A stretch of DNA of 39,854 nucleotides from Opitutales bacterium (GTDB taxonomy: Bacteria > Verrucomicrobiota > Verrucomicrobiia > Opitutales > Intestinicryptomonadaceae). The first letter of the stretch is position 1. Each line of letters opens with the position of its first letter. Where the stretch lies: positions 1-39,854 of the forward strand of contig JAFXRX010000269.1 in NCBI GenBank assembly GCA_017526045.1. The letters are read 5' to 3'. A program made the position numbers and the translations under genes. Below the pieces are notes generated by a model that did no database searches, was not told where the DNA came from, and saw only the letters and a list, made by a program, of their open reading frames with translations. This document shows positions 1 to 10,177 of this stretch, piece by piece.

Positions 1-85
1 AATAAAAATAAATAAAAGTTAAAATGATATCGAGGCGTTCTACTTTTGAGAGTCTTGTTTTTTTTCGGCTCCTCTTTTTTCCGTT

Positions 86-1603
86 TTGACTATTCGCATG
101 GGTTTTAGATCTGTTATTTACTTTTTTTCTTTCACTGATTTTAGATATCTGAGCTGGACGAATATAATCCTTATATCTGATGGTTTTATTGTGCTTGTAC
201 TTTGTTTTTTTTCCGTTTTGTTTTTCGGGATTTTTTACGCCGAAATCAGGACGCCGCCCGAGCCGGGCCCCGAATTCACCGCGCGCGAGGCATGCCTGCG
301 CATAGCCGTAAAATCCGCCGCAAAAAGCCCGAAGGGCGGGTTCGGGGGCATCGGCAAAATCGAAAGAGCCTCGGAAAATTTTGAAGGCGCGCAAGGTTTG
401 GACATTTGGTTTTACGCAAAAAATTCCCCCGCAATTTCGCGCGGCGAGGCTGTCGAGGGCAAATTCATCGTGCGCAAGGCCGAAGACGACGGCGGCGGCT
501 TTTACAAATATCTGAAAAGCCGAAACGTATATTTCAAGGCGTACTCGGCGGAAGAAATTCAAATAGAGCCCGCGGGCTTTCCGCACAGCCTTTACAACAA
601 AATCCGCGCGTATATCGAGGGGAAGCTCTCGCCCTGCGTTTGCGGCGAAAGCCTAAAGCGGGGAATGGGCGCGATGCGGGCGATGTTTCTTGGCGACAAG
701 TCCGCATTGGACGCCGAGGCAAAAGACGGCTTCAAGCTTACGGGCACAATGCACATATTCGCAATCAGCGGGCTGCACGTCGGCTTGCTTGCGGCGATAA
801 TTTTCATGCTGCTTTCGCCAGCGCGGCTGCCCGCAAAAGCAAAGCCCGCAATAAGCCTGCCGATTTTGTTTTTGTACGTAAACGCATGCGGCGCCCCGCC
901 GAGCGCAATGCGCGCGTTCATAATGATTGCCACGGTGTGGATTTCTTCGGTGTTCGGGCGCAAGCCAAAGCCCTTTGCCGGGCTTGCCGCGGCGTTTGCA
1001 ATTTCGCTTTTAATAAACCCCTCGAGCCTGTTCGACGCGGGCTTTGCCCTCTCCTATTCGGTCGTCGCCGCAATAATTTTGTACGCGGGCGACCTTTGCG
1101 AATTTCTGCGCGGCAAATTCGCCGGCGCGCGGGGCTTCGAGCTCAAAAACCCCGGGCTGCTGCGCAGGGCGGCCTTGAAATGCCAAGACTTGCTTGTTGC
1201 GGGCGCGTGCATAGCTCTCGCGGCAATAATTGCAAGCGCGCCTCTTTGCTCCTGCTATTTCGGCTACGTGCCGCTGATGTCGGTTTTTTATTCGATACCC
1301 TTTGTGCTCGGGGCGACATTCGCCGTTTCCTGCGCCGCCGCCTCCGCGGTTCTACCCGCGTTTTTATGCGCATGGACAAACGCCGCGGGCGCATTTATTC
1401 TTGAAATAATGTTGCGCTTGGCAAAATTCGGCGCATCATACGGGTTTGTTTTAAGCGCAAAAATTTCGCCCGAAGCGGCTTTTTTGGCGGAGGCGGCAAC
1501 CATCGCCGCAATGCTGCTTGCCCCGCAGATAAAAAGCCCGCTGCGCTGGCTCGCGCCCCCTGCGGTTTCCGCCCTGGCGATTTTAACGGCGTTCATTTTC
1601 TGA
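86..1603 (+). CDS. comEC: ComEC/Rec2 family competence membrane protein; no C-terminal beta-lactamase-like domain; start uncertain
   Basis: Motifs MHIFAISGLHVG, PSAMRA and GFALSY, with many hydrophobic helices. The first ~220 nt are compositionally atypical, so the true start is unclear. Confidence 0.85.
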   Translation: MTIRMGFRSVIYFFSFTDFRYLSWTNIILISDGFIVLVLCFFSVLFFGIFYAEIRTPPEPGPEFTAREACLRIAVKSAAKSPKGGFGGIGKIERASENFEGAQGLDIWFYAKNSPAISRGEAVEGKFIVRKAEDDGGGFYKYLKSRNVYFKAYSAEEIQIEPAGFPHSLYNKIRAYIEGKLSPCVCGESLKRGMGAMRAMFLGDKSALDAEAKDGFKLTGTMHIFAISGLHVGLLAAIIFMLLSPARLPAKAKPAISLPILFLYVNACGAPPSAMRAFIMIATVWISSVFGRKPKPFAGLAAAFAISLLINPSSLFDAGFALSYSVVAAIILYAGDLCEFLRGKFAGARGFELKNPGLLRRAALKCQDLLVAGACIALAAIIASAPLCSCYFGYVPLMSVFYSIPFVLGATFAVSCAAASAVLPAFLCAWTNAAGAFILEIMLRLAKFGASYGFVLSAKISPEAAFLAEAATIAAMLLAPQIKSPLRWLAPPAVSALAILTAFIF

Positions 1604-1607
1604 CATC

Positions 1608-2990
1608 TTGAAAAATCTTCCGCAAAAATTTTGGTTTGACGAAAACAGGCTCGAACAATCCGCGCTTGCGCAAATCCGCGCATGCCTTGCGTCGGGACAA
1701 AAGCTTGCCGCCGCGCTTTCGGGCGGCAGCGACTCGGTTTTTCTTTTGCATATGGCCGTCCAAATTTGCGGGGCCGAAAACATCGTCGCGCTGCACTACA
1801 ACCACAAGGTGCGCAAAAACGCCGACGCCGACGAGGAGTTTTGCAAAAAGCTGTGCGCGGGGCTCGGCGTGCGCCTCGTCGCAAAATCGCGCAAAAAAAG
1901 CCTCAAAAAAATATCGGAGGAGAGCCTGCGCCTGATACGCAAAAAGTTTTTCGAGGACGAGTGCAAGAGGCTTAAAATCGGGGCAATTTTGCAGGGGCAC
2001 ATAAAAAACGACGTTGCCGAAACAATGCTCATGCGCCTGATGCGCGGGGCGTCGGCGGACGGGCTTTGCGCGCCCCGCCCCGTCTCAAAGACAAATTCGC
2101 TCGCAAAAATCCGCCCGCTGCTGGCGCTTAGCAAGGCGCAAATCCAGGCTGAGCTGAAAAAATTCGGCATCGGCTGGCGAGAGGACGAATCGAACCGCGA
2201 AAACAAATTTCTGCGCAACAAAATCAGAAACGAAATTTTGCCCGCCATAGAAAAAGCGAGCGATTTTTCGTTCGTAAATTCCGCCGCGAGGGCTCGAATG
2301 CTCATCGAGGAGGACTGCGCCCTAATCGCGGAAATTTTTGAAAAAAGCGCGCAATGGCGCGGCGGCAAAATTTTCCTGAGCCCCGAAGCCGCCCGAAGCC
2401 CCGCGCTTTTAAGGCGCGCAATCCAGGCTCTTCTTGCGCAAAAAAATCTTAAACTGCGCGCCGCGGCGGTCGATGATTTTATAAAGGCTTGCCTGAAAAA
2501 TAAAAACGCGCAAACAAGCCTCAAGGAAAATTTCCTGACTTTCAGCGCGAAAGAATTGTCGCTTGAAATCTCTCCCCCCGCCGCTTTTCCGCATAAAAAA
2601 ATCCCCTTAAAATTGGGAGAAAACAAGCTGCCCGGCGGCGCGGCATTGGTTTTGGAAGAAGTTTCGGTTTCGAAAGGGCTTCTTGAAAAAATCCGCGCCG
2701 GCTTTTTCAAGGAGTCCGAATGCGCGTTCGTCGCCCCGCGGCAAAAAGAATTTTTCGCGCGCGAAATTTTGCCCTCCGACGCCTACGCGCCAATCGGGGC
2801 GAAGTCTGCGCGCCTTGTAAAAGACATGATGAGCGCGAAAAAAACGCCCGTTTTGAAACGAAAATCGTTTCCGCTTGTCTGTTTAAGTTCGGGGGAAGCC
2901 GTCTGGGCTCCAACCCTCGCGCCGGCGGATTTCTGCAAATTAAGCAAAATCGGCCGCGCATTTAGATTGACCTACAGGGCTTCTTTTTAA
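1608..2990 (+). CDS. tilS: tRNA(Ile)-lysidine synthetase
   Basis: PP-loop ALSGGSDS, HYNHKVR, GHIKNDVAET, DESN and RNKIR; lies directly upstream of ftsH. Confidence 0.95.
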   Translation: MKNLPQKFWFDENRLEQSALAQIRACLASGQKLAAALSGGSDSVFLLHMAVQICGAENIVALHYNHKVRKNADADEEFCKKLCAGLGVRLVAKSRKKSLKKISEESLRLIRKKFFEDECKRLKIGAILQGHIKNDVAETMLMRLMRGASADGLCAPRPVSKTNSLAKIRPLLALSKAQIQAELKKFGIGWREDESNRENKFLRNKIRNEILPAIEKASDFSFVNSAARARMLIEEDCALIAEIFEKSAQWRGGKIFLSPEAARSPALLRRAIQALLAQKNLKLRAAAVDDFIKACLKNKNAQTSLKENFLTFSAKELSLEISPPAAFPHKKIPLKLGENKLPGGAALVLEEVSVSKGLLEKIRAGFFKESECAFVAPRQKEFFAREILPSDAYAPIGAKSARLVKDMMSAKKTPVLKRKSFPLVCLSSGEAVWAPTLAPADFCKLSKIGRAFRLTYRASF

Positions 2991-3022
2991 AAATATCTTC
3001 AATTTGCAGGGAAATCCGCGCA

Positions 3023-3028
3023 TATAAT
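3023..3028 (+). promoter_or_regulatory. Perfect sigma70-type -10 box (TATAAT) 7 nt before the ftsH ATG
   Basis: catataatttatattATG; no Shine-Dalgarno between the box and the start codon. Confidence 0.55.
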
Positions 3029-3035
3029 TTATATT

Positions 3036-5045
3036 ATGGAAAATAATTCGCCAAAAAATTTGAATTCCCAAAAGGGCAAAAGCCAGGCAAGGACGTTTTT
3101 TGTCTGGAGCGCGCTCATTTTGATTGTGATGCTGCTTAAATTCTATGCGGACGGCACCTCCGCGGCGCAGGAATTTTCGATAAGAGACCTGATGCGCGAG
3201 GCCGCCGCCGACAACATAACCGAGCTTACAATCCGCAACGACCCCAACGGCGGGCAAAACTGGTACGAAGTTACGGGTTATATAAACAATCCGCGCTTCG
3301 GCAAGGAGGGCGCACCCGCAAACACCCCGCGCAAAAATCCTTTCAAATTCAGCGGCACGATTTTGGAGGACAACTACAAAATCCTGACCTCGCCCTCCGC
3401 GCCCTGGGAAATCCGCGAAAAGAGCGCGAACTCCGCGTGGAGCAGCGTATTTTTCACAATTCTGCCGTTTTTGCTCGTAATCGGCGTGATATATTTTCTC
3501 ATCTCGCGGCAAATGAGGCTCTCGGGCAAGAGCGCAATGGACTTCGGCAAAAGCCGCGCACGCCTGCTTTCGCCCGACAAGGACCGCACGACGTTTGACG
3601 ACGTGGCGGGCTGCGACGAGGCAAAGGAGGAAGTCGCCGAAATTGTCGACTTTTTAAAAACGCCCGAAAAATTCAGAAAAATCGGGGCGAAAATTCCCAA
3701 GGGCATTTTGATGATGGGCCCCCCGGGAACGGGCAAAACCCTCCTTGCGCGCGCAATCGCGGGCGAGGCGAACGTCCCCTTCTACTCCATCAGCGGCTCC
3801 GACTTCATGGAAATGTTCGTCGGCGTTGGGGCGGCGAGAGTCCGCGACATGTTTGAAGTCGCGCGCAAAAACGCCCCATGTTTGATATTCATAGACGAAA
3901 TCGACGCTGTCGGCAGGCAGCGCGGCGCGGGCATGGGCGGCGGCCACGACGAAAGGGAGCAGACGCTCAACTCCCTGCTTACCGAAATGGACGGCTTCGA
4001 CGGCCACGAAGGCATAATAATTATCGCCGCAACAAACCGCCCCGACGTATTGGACAGCGCGCTTCTGCGCCCCGGCAGATTCGATAGGCAAGTTGTAATC
4101 GACACCCCCGACGCCAAAGGCCGCGAGGAAATTTTGAAAATCCACGCGCGCAAAATCAAGCTTGCAGAAGACGTTGACTTGCAGACAGTCGCGCGCCTCT
4201 GCCCGGGCTGCTCGGGCGCGGATTTGGCAAACCTCTTGAACGAAAGCGCGATAACCGCCGCGCGCCGCAACAGCCCGATTGTCTCGATGCAGGACATCAA
4301 CATAGCCCGCGACAAAGTCTTCTTCGGCAGGGAGCGCCGCCGCCTGATGGACGACGACGAAAAGAAGCTGATAGCCTGCCACGAATCCGGGCACGCAATA
4401 ACGCAGTGCGTCCTCGACAGCGGCAATATGCCCGTGCACAAGGTTACGATTATCCCGCGCGGGCAAAGCCTGGGCTCCACCATGTTCCTGCCAAAGCGCG
4501 ACGTGCTTACAGAGACGAAGGCGAACCTGCTCAACCAAATCTGCTCGACGCTCGGCGGCAGGGTCGCGGAGGAAATCGCGTTCGGCGAAATCACAAACGG
4601 CGCGGCAAGCGACATAAAGCAGGCGACGAAAATCGCCCGCAAAATGGTTTGCGACTGGGGCATGGGCACTCTCGGGCCGATAGCCCTCGGCGAAAACCAG
4701 GAGCACATTTTCCTCGGCAAGGAAATCGCCCGCGACAGGCATTTCAGCGAAAAAACCGCGCAGCTAATCGACGACGAAATCAAAAACGTAATCGACGCCC
4801 AGCTAAACCGCGCGCGCGACATTCTAAATTCAAGGCGCGCCCAGCTCGACTTGATGAGCGCGGCTTTGGTGGAGTTCGAGACAATCGACGGCGACTTGGC
4901 GCGCGACATCGTCTCCGAAAAAGTCAAAACTCTTGACGAGATAAAAGAAAGGCTTGCGCAGCCCAAGCCCGACGAGACAAAGAGCGCCGAAACGCCTTCG
5001 CCCGCCGCCACGCCCTCGATAAACCCCGCGCCCGCGCAGGCGTAA
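3036..5045 (+). CDS. ftsH: ATP-dependent zinc metalloprotease FtsH
   Basis: Two N-terminal TM helices, Walker A GPPGTGKT, Walker [21 protein letters not shown] and zinc motif HESGH. Confidence 0.98.
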   Translation: MENNSPKNLNSQKGKSQARTFFVWSALILIVMLLKFYADGTSAAQEFSIRDLMREAAADNITELTIRNDPNGGQNWYEVTGYINNPRFGKEGAPANTPRKNPFKFSGTILEDNYKILTSPSAPWEIREKSANSAWSSVFFTILPFLLVIGVIYFLISRQMRLSGKSAMDFGKSRARLLSPDKDRTTFDDVAGCDEAKEEVAEIVDFLKTPEKFRKIGAKIPKGILMMGPPGTGKTLLARAIAGEANVPFYSISGSDFMEMFVGVGAARVRDMFEVARKNAPCLIFIDEIDAVGRQRGAGMGGGHDEREQTLNSLLTEMDGFDGHEGIIIIAATNRPDVLDSALLRPGRFDRQVVIDTPDAKGREEILKIHARKIKLAEDVDLQTVARLCPGCSGADLANLLNESAITAARRNSPIVSMQDINIARDKVFFGRERRRLMDDDEKKLIACHESGHAITQCVLDSGNMPVHKVTIIPRGQSLGSTMFLPKRDVLTETKANLLNQICSTLGGRVAEEIAFGEITNGAASDIKQATKIARKMVCDWGMGTLGPIALGENQEHIFLGKEIARDRHFSEKTAQLIDDEIKNVIDAQLNRARDILNSRRAQLDLMSAALVEFETIDGDLARDIVSEKVKTLDEIKERLAQPKPDETKSAETPSPAATPSINPAPAQA

Positions 5046-5077
5046 GCGCAAGAAAAATTCCGCTCTTGGCGCGGGAT

Positions 5078-5632
5078 TCACTTTTTCCATTCGGCGAGAA
5101 TTTCCCGCATTTTCTCGGGCGAGAGCTCGCGGTGGCTCGACACAAGCCCGCCATTTTCGTCGAGGCTGTTTTCGTACAAATCTATACCTATGAATTTTCC
5201 GTCTTCGTACGAGAATAGCATTCTTATATATACATTTTCGGGCGAAGCCTCGCCGAACCATTTTTGAAATTTGTTCTTGTAAAAGTAGCTTTCCTCTTTA
5301 AGCAAAACGTATTTGCCGCCGGCTTCCTTGTAATAGAAAACAAAGATTGAATTGTTTTCAAAGTCGGTTAGCTGCGCCCCGCGTATATAACGCGATAAAT
5401 TACGAGACCGCCAGCATACATTCCCGGGCTCGTCGAGCCTGCCGAAAAAATCGCTCTTAGTCTCTTTTTCGCAGCGCGGATATGCGGGAAGGTTAAATTT
5501 GGCGCGGCAGGAATTTTTTATCGTCTCTTCCAATTTTATGATTTGTTTTTCTCTAAATTCGTATTCGGATCTGCAGGCGCAGAGGCACGAAACCAGCATA
5601 AATAAAGCAAAAAATTGTTTAATGTATTTCAT
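5078..5632 (-). CDS. Hypothetical lipoprotein (paralogue B)
   Basis: Signal MKYIKQFFALFMLVSCLCA-C with lipobox; ATGA overlap with the upstream paralogue; lower GC than flanking genes. Confidence 0.75.
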   Translation of the reverse strand: MKYIKQFFALFMLVSCLCACRSEYEFREKQIIKLEETIKNSCRAKFNLPAYPRCEKETKSDFFGRLDEPGNVCWRSRNLSRYIRGAQLTDFENNSIFVFYYKEAGGKYVLLKEESYFYKNKFQKWFGEASPENVYIRMLFSYEDGKFIGIDLYENSLDENGGLVSSHRELSPEKMREILAEWKK

Positions 5633-6177
5633 TTTTCCGTCCTCCTATAAATCTTGGGCGTAATCTCGTTCCACTTTTTTATGTAGGACAAGGCCTCCTC
5701 CAAGCTTATGTTTTTTGTGTGGGTTTGCTTGCAAACTCCGGGCGTCCAAACAATCGAACAATACCAAATGCATTCGAATTGTTTTTTGTCGTATAAGTAT
5801 ATGTATCTGACAGAATCACATCTGACCATTCGCTTGGGATAATGCGGGAATCCGGAATCGCTGTCAAAATTTCCTTGTTCTGAAACCAGGCTAAACGTTC
5901 CGTCGGATTCGGGTTTAAAGCGAAAATAGTAGTCGAAATTGCGGTTTCTCAAATCTTTAAGAATGAATGTGCAATCGTTGTCGGAGGAGGCCATCCATTC
6001 GCGGTCTTCGGGCGGCGGAAGCTCCGGAAGATTGAGCTTGTCGCGCCCCGAAGCGGCAATTGCCCGAACATAGGGCTGCATTTCCTCTTCCGAAAGAATT
6101 TGCGGAAAAATGCATCCCGAAAGCAGCAGGGACGTTAAAGCCGCCGCGGCAAATAAAATGAATTTTGCAAGTTTCAT
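5629..6177 (-). CDS. Hypothetical lipoprotein (paralogue A); likely start at 6177
   Basis: MKLAKFILFAAAALTSLLLSG-C lipobox; GAGGG upstream of ATG 6177 and TTGACA further upstream. Confidence 0.75.
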   Translation of the reverse strand: MKLAKFILFAAAALTSLLLSGCIFPQILSEEEMQPYVRAIAASGRDKLNLPELPPPEDREWMASSDNDCTFILKDLRNRNFDYYFRFKPESDGTFSLVSEQGNFDSDSGFPHYPKRMVRCDSVRYIYLYDKKQFECIWYCSIVWTPGVCKQTHTKNISLEEALSYIKKWNEITPKIYRRTEK

Positions 6178-6306
6178 AAGCTGCCCTCGCTTGTATGACA
6201 GCATTTTTTTAAGAATCTGTCAAGTAATCATTTGCAACACTTAACGGCGCAAAAAACAACATTTTAAATGCGGCCTTTTTTTGTGCGAATTTTGCGCGGA
6301 TATTTT

Positions 6307-9300
6307 TTAGCGCGCGTCTTTCTTTTTGAAATTGCCCCACTTGCGCCGCTCGGGCTCGGGGATTGGCAGAGCCCTTGCCTTCATTTTTACGACGGCGGGC
6401 TCGGCGCGCAAATGCTGGAATTCGCGCGCGCTAAGCCCGAGCGCAAATTGCCCTGCGAGCGGATTTCAAGCAAGTCCGACTCCGAAGTCTTCAAAAAAAT
6501 CCTGTGCTCGATTTGCGAGCCCGGCGCCGCCTTGTAGACGTAGTTTGAAAGCATTTTGATAAACCGCGCGCCCTGGATTTCGGGGTCGACAATCCAGTCG
6601 CACTTCGCAATCGAATCCGCGGCGGCGGCGTTCATGCCCTGGATGGTCTCGCCGTTGAATTTGACGTCCGCGCCGTTTTCGCTGCGGCATTCGCCGACAA
6701 TGCAGGCGCAAGCACCGTCGGAGAGCATGTCCTTGAATTTCTCGTAGGCGGCGGGGAAGAAATTTATCTGGTACGACTTTCCGCGGCGGGTCGAAACCGT
6801 AAAGAACGCCCACGCCTTGTTGTCCTTTTTTGTTATGCGCTTTGTCAGGTTTGAAATCACGCCGCAAATTCTAAATCTGTCGCGGGAGATGCGCTTCACC
6901 AGATTTTCGTCGGGGATGTGGTCGAGGGCGTCGTCGATGCCCGCAAACTCGTTCATGGGGTGCCCCGAAATGTAGAAGCGCAAAAGCTCCTTTTCCGACT
7001 GCAATTTTTGCGCAAGCGGCATTGGCGGCTGCGACATGTCTATGACCGACGCCGAACTTTTCGAGCCTTCGCCGCCGCCCGCGCCCAAGAGGTCGAAGAG
7101 GTTTGTCTGCCCCACTTCGACGTCCTTTCGCAAGTCGTTTGCGTGGTTTAAAATAGCGTCGGCGCTTGCGGCGAGCGCGCCGCGGTCGATGCCGAAAGAG
7201 TCGAACGCGCCCGAAAGAATTAGGCTTTCCATGACGCGCTTGTTGACGCTTACGCGCTCGGCGAAGTCCATGACGTCCTTGAACGCGCCGTTTTTCTCGC
7301 GCTCCGCGACAATCTGCTTTGCAGCCGCCTCGCCGATGCCCTTGACGGCGGCGAGCCCGAAGCGTATGGAGCCCGCGGAATTTTCGAACATAAAGCCCTC
7401 GGCGGGCTTCCAGTCGGGGTCGATTATGGGCGTAAAGCCCTCGCGCGAAACGTTGACGTCTGGGCCGAGCACCTTGATGTTCAAAGCCTCGCATTCCTCG
7501 ATGAAATTCGCGACTTTGTCGAGGTTGCCAAGCTCGCTGGAAAGCACAGCCGCCATAAATTCGACGGGGTAGTTCGCCTTCAAATACGCAGTTCTATACG
7601 AGAGCATTGCGTAGGCCGCGGAGTGCGACTTGTTGAAGCCGTACTGCGCGAATTTTTCGAGAATTGCAAAAATCCTTTCAGCCTCCTCCTTTTTGATGCC
7701 CTTTGCCTTTTCCGCGCGCTCGACAAAAACCGCCCGCTGCTTCGCCATGATTTCGGGCTTCTTCTTGCCCATTGCGCGCCTTAGCAAGTCCGCCTCACCG
7801 AGAGTGTAGCCCGCGATTATCCGCGCCGCCATCATAACCTGCTCCTGATAGACGATTACGCCGTAGGTTTCGCTTACCAAATCCTTCAAAAGCGGGTGCG
7901 GAACCTGGATTTTTGAGGCGTCGCGCTTGCCCTCGATGAACTGGTCGATAAACTGCATGGGGCCCGGGCGGTAGAGCGCGATTAGCGCGATAATTTCCTC
8001 GAACGCGCTCAGGCCTATGCGGCGGCAGAGGTTTTGCATGCCCTCGCTTTCGAGCTGGAAGACGCCCGTTGTTATGCCGCTATTTAAAAGGCGGTAGGTA
8101 AGCGGGTCGTCGAGCGAAATTTTTTCTATGTCGAAATTCGGGTTGTTGCGGGTGCGCCTTACATTCTGCTGCGCCTCGAAAATGACGTCCAAAGTTTTCA
8201 GCCCCAAAAAGTCCGCCTTCAAAAGCCCGAGCTCCTCCGAGGGGCCCTTTGGAATTTGCGTTGTAAGCGTGCCTTCCTGAATCATCATGGGCACGAGGTT
8301 GTCGAGGGGCTGGTCGCCGATAATGATGCCGCAGGCGTGCTTGCCCGTCTGCCTAATCATGCCCTCCAAAATTTGAGCCTGGTCGAAAATGTGGCGGGCT
8401 TCGGGGGATTTTTGCAATAAACCTTGAGCTCGTCGGACTTTTCGTAAGCCTCTTTGAGCTTGATTTTGAGGTCGTCTGGGATTTTTTTGGCGTAGGAATT
8501 TGCCTCGTCGAAAGGCATGTCGTTTACCCTCGCCAAGTCGCGGATTACCACTTTTGCGCCGAGCGTGCCGAAAGTGATGATGTTTGCGACCCTGTCTTTG
8601 CCGTACTTGCCGCGGACGTAGTCTATCACCTCGTCGCGCCTCGCCTGGCAAAAGTCGACGTCGAAGTCGGGGGGCGAGACGCGCTCCAAAGAGAGCATTC
8701 GCTCAAAGAGAAGCCCGAAGCGCAGCGGCTCGATGTCGGTAATTTTTAGCATGTAGGCAATCATGCAGCCCGCGCCCGAGCCGCGGCCGGGACCTACGGG
8801 AATGTTTTGCGAACGAGCCCAGTTGATGTAGTCGTAAACAATCAAAAAGTAGTCCACAAACTCCGCGCCCACGATGATTGAAAGCTCGTAGTCGAGCTTG
8901 TCGCAAAGCAATTTTGCGCGGTCGGGCGGCTCTCCCGCCTTCGGGACGTAAGATTCGGGGTTGTCGTAGTCCACGCCGTAGCGTTCCTTGAGCCCCTTCT
9001 TGCACAGGTCGAACAAAAACAGCCCGTTTTTAAAGTATTTTGGGTAGTCTTTTTCCTCGATTTTGAAGTCCGGCTCCTTGCCGTTCTGCTTCAAAACCTC
9101 GTTTTTCTTAGCCTCGTAAAGGCGCAGAATGCGAACAAAGTTTTCCTTGTCGGGGTCGAAAGAAATGTCTATGGGCTTTTCGTAGCACGGATAGTGGTTT
9201 ACGCCCATAGGTATCTTTAAATCAACCATTTCCGCAACGGCCAACGTGTTGTCGAGGCAGCCCTCGATTTCGCCCAAGACTTTTTCCATTTCCTCGCGCG

Positions 9301-10108
9301 TTTTAAGGTAGAACTCCGCGCAGGGGTAGCGCATGCGCCTTTCGTCTTTAATGAGCTTGCCGGTCTGTATGCAAAGCATGGCGTCGTGCGCCTCTGCGTC
9401 GGACTTGTGGATGTAGTGCGAGTCGTTTGTCGCAACCATCTTTAAATCAAAGTCTTTTGCAAGGCGGATTAGCCCGGGGATTATCTTTTTTTGCATGGGC
9501 AGGAAGTGGTTTTGCACTTCTATAAAATAGTTTTCCCTGCCGAAAATGTCCAAAAATTTCGCCGTCGCCTCGCGCGCCCGCTCGTAGTCGGAATAAAGAA
9601 GATACTGGCTTGCCACGCCGTTTAAGCATCCGCTTAGGGCAATTATGCCCTTGGAGTATTTTGCAAGCGTTTCCAAATCTATGCGCGGCTTGTAATACAT
9701 GCCCCTCAAATACGCCTCGCTCGAAAGCTTCGCCAAATTCAGATAGCCTTCGTAATTCTTGGCAATCAGCGTTTTGTGAAAAATCTGATTTTTGGGGAAA
9801 TTTTCGGGGCGCAGCATGTCCTCGTTGTTTTCGACGTCGGAAATATCGTCGGCTCTTTCGATGTTGCGCTTGGGGCGGTCTGCCATTGCGTGGTCGTAAA
9901 CCAAATAAATTTCTTCCCCGCAAAGGGGCTTTATGCCGGCTTTTTTTGCGGCGTTGTAAAAATCGACAGAGCCACACATGTTGCCGTGGTCGGTCATGGC
10001 AACTGCGGGCATTCCAAGCTCCGCGACGCGCGCCATTAGTTTGTCAATTCGTGTGCAGCCGTCCAAAAAGCTGTGGTCTGTGTGCAAATGCAGGTGTACG
10101 TAATCCAT
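6307..10108 (-). CDS. dnaE: DNA polymerase III alpha subunit, interrupted by two apparent 1-nt deletions (~8400-8425 and ~6433)
   Basis: ORF 8357-10108 carries the PHP domain (HLHLHT, TNDSHY), GRGSGAG and PDFDVDF. ORF 6387-8651 carries [31 protein letters not shown] and the OB fold. A plausible C-terminus continues in the -1 frame to a stop at 6307. Confidence 0.93.
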
Positions 10109-10177
10109 TTTTTCCGCCCCTATTCCTCGATTTGCCTCTCGAAGTCAAGCATATTTTGGCGCGCAAAATCCATTTTT

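Noticed and set aside
8357-8651. Split-intein dnaE as in cyanobacteria
   Set aside because: No intein N-terminal (CL/CF) or C-terminal (HN-C/S) motifs; the halves overlap by a simple frame shift.
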